A stretch of DNA of 63,710 bases, the filler included, from Dugesia japonica (lineage: Eukaryota): NCBI GenBank assembly GCA_001938525.1. It is 5 parts of 5 records of this genome, joined end to end, with 100 filler letters (N's around TTAATTAATTAA, not from the genome) between each part and the next. Parts side by side here need not be neighbours in the genome. Positions count along the whole stretch, not along the records: positions 55,503 to 63,710 come from MQRL01621548.1; 4 more parts are not named here. The stretch is one strand, 5' to 3'. Below, one piece after another: positions 63,054 through 63,710 of this stretch; the stretch's first letter is position 1; every line of letters starts with the position of its first letter. Below the pieces are notes generated by a model. It ran no database searches. It saw only the letters and a program-made list of their open reading frames with translations, and had not been told where the DNA came from. Both the position numbers and the translations under genes were made by a program.

Positions 63054-63281
63054 TAACATTCCGGTAATAACTTGTAAAACAATCGATGGAAAAACTTATA
63101 AAATAAGTATTGACCTTAATAAGAATACTAAATGTTTAAAGGAAAAAATCTATGATGTAACTGGATTGTTACCTGATGAGCAACAATTAATTTTCCAGAA
63201 TATGATTTTAGAAGATAACAAAGTGTTAGTCAGCTCTCAAATACTAGATAAATCTGTGGTTATAATTGCTATGAAATTAAG
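63054..63281 (+). CDS. Host exon encoding one ubiquitin-like domain
   Basis: Flanked by tttttAG and GTaata. Encodes NIPVITCKTIDGKTYKISIDLNKNTKCLKEKIYDVTGLLPDEQQLIFQNMILEDNKVLVSSQILDKSVVIIAMKL(R), collinear with ubiquitin (KT..GKT, K.KI, G..PD.Q.LIF, LED, LR). Confidence 0.85.
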
Positions 63282-63710
63282 GTAATAACTTTTTATTATA
63301 CTCTTTCCTGTCTTTACTAATATTAAAGTCTTGATCTAAATTTTTCGCGTAAAATTTTTCAGCTTTTTAAATCGAATATCTAGGGGGAAAACGTATCTAA
63401 ACATCAATATTAGATTTCATAAGGAATAAAACGAAAATATAAAAAATAGTCACGGAATAAATAAAAGAAAAAAAATGAAGAATCAAGGTTTCAAAAAAGT
63501 TAATACAAACTTTTAGAAATAAATATTGTCAATAAAAGTAAAGAGTGAAATTTGCAACGAAAAAATAATTAACCTTAAAGTCTTGCAGCTTTCAAACAAT
63601 TTAAAAATAGACTCACATTGATGTCTAATGGTCTAAAATCCGACATATTATTCGTGATAAAATACTCTCTGGTGAATCATTAATTGTCAAAATGAGAATA
63701 ATGACGTTTT

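Overview
Very AT-rich animal genomic DNA. It is not one contiguous locus: four identical 100-bp artificial spacers (44 N + TTAATTAATTAA + 44 N) join five segments (1-22079, 22180-34968, 35069-43858, 43959-55402, 55503-63710). Host genes appear only as exons missed by the ORF track: two exons of an unc-13/Munc13 gene and one exon of exactly 76 codons encoding a ubiquitin-like domain. The main feature is a decaying endogenous Polinton/Maverick (adintovirus-like) virus at about 26.7-35.0 kb. Its gene order is capsid C-terminus, an intact phospholipase A2-integrase fusion, packaging ATPase, pX-like core protein, conserved ORF, penton, adenain protease, coiled-coil protein, membrane protein and a Zn-finger ORF that is probably the pPolB N-terminus. 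Two complete non-coding elements with Polinton-type AGTAG...CTACT termini and perfect 6-bp target duplications (1.36 kb and 3.4 kb), plus one or two orphan termini, suggest a helper-virus/mini-satellite system. A dispersed family of Penelope-type minimal hammerhead ribozyme motifs is associated with inverted and tandem duplications. The rest is degenerate Ty3/Gypsy elements with tRNA-Leu primer sites, mariner, Tigger, hAT and Penelope remnants, and microsatellites. All family assignments come from motif recognition by eye; no database search was run.
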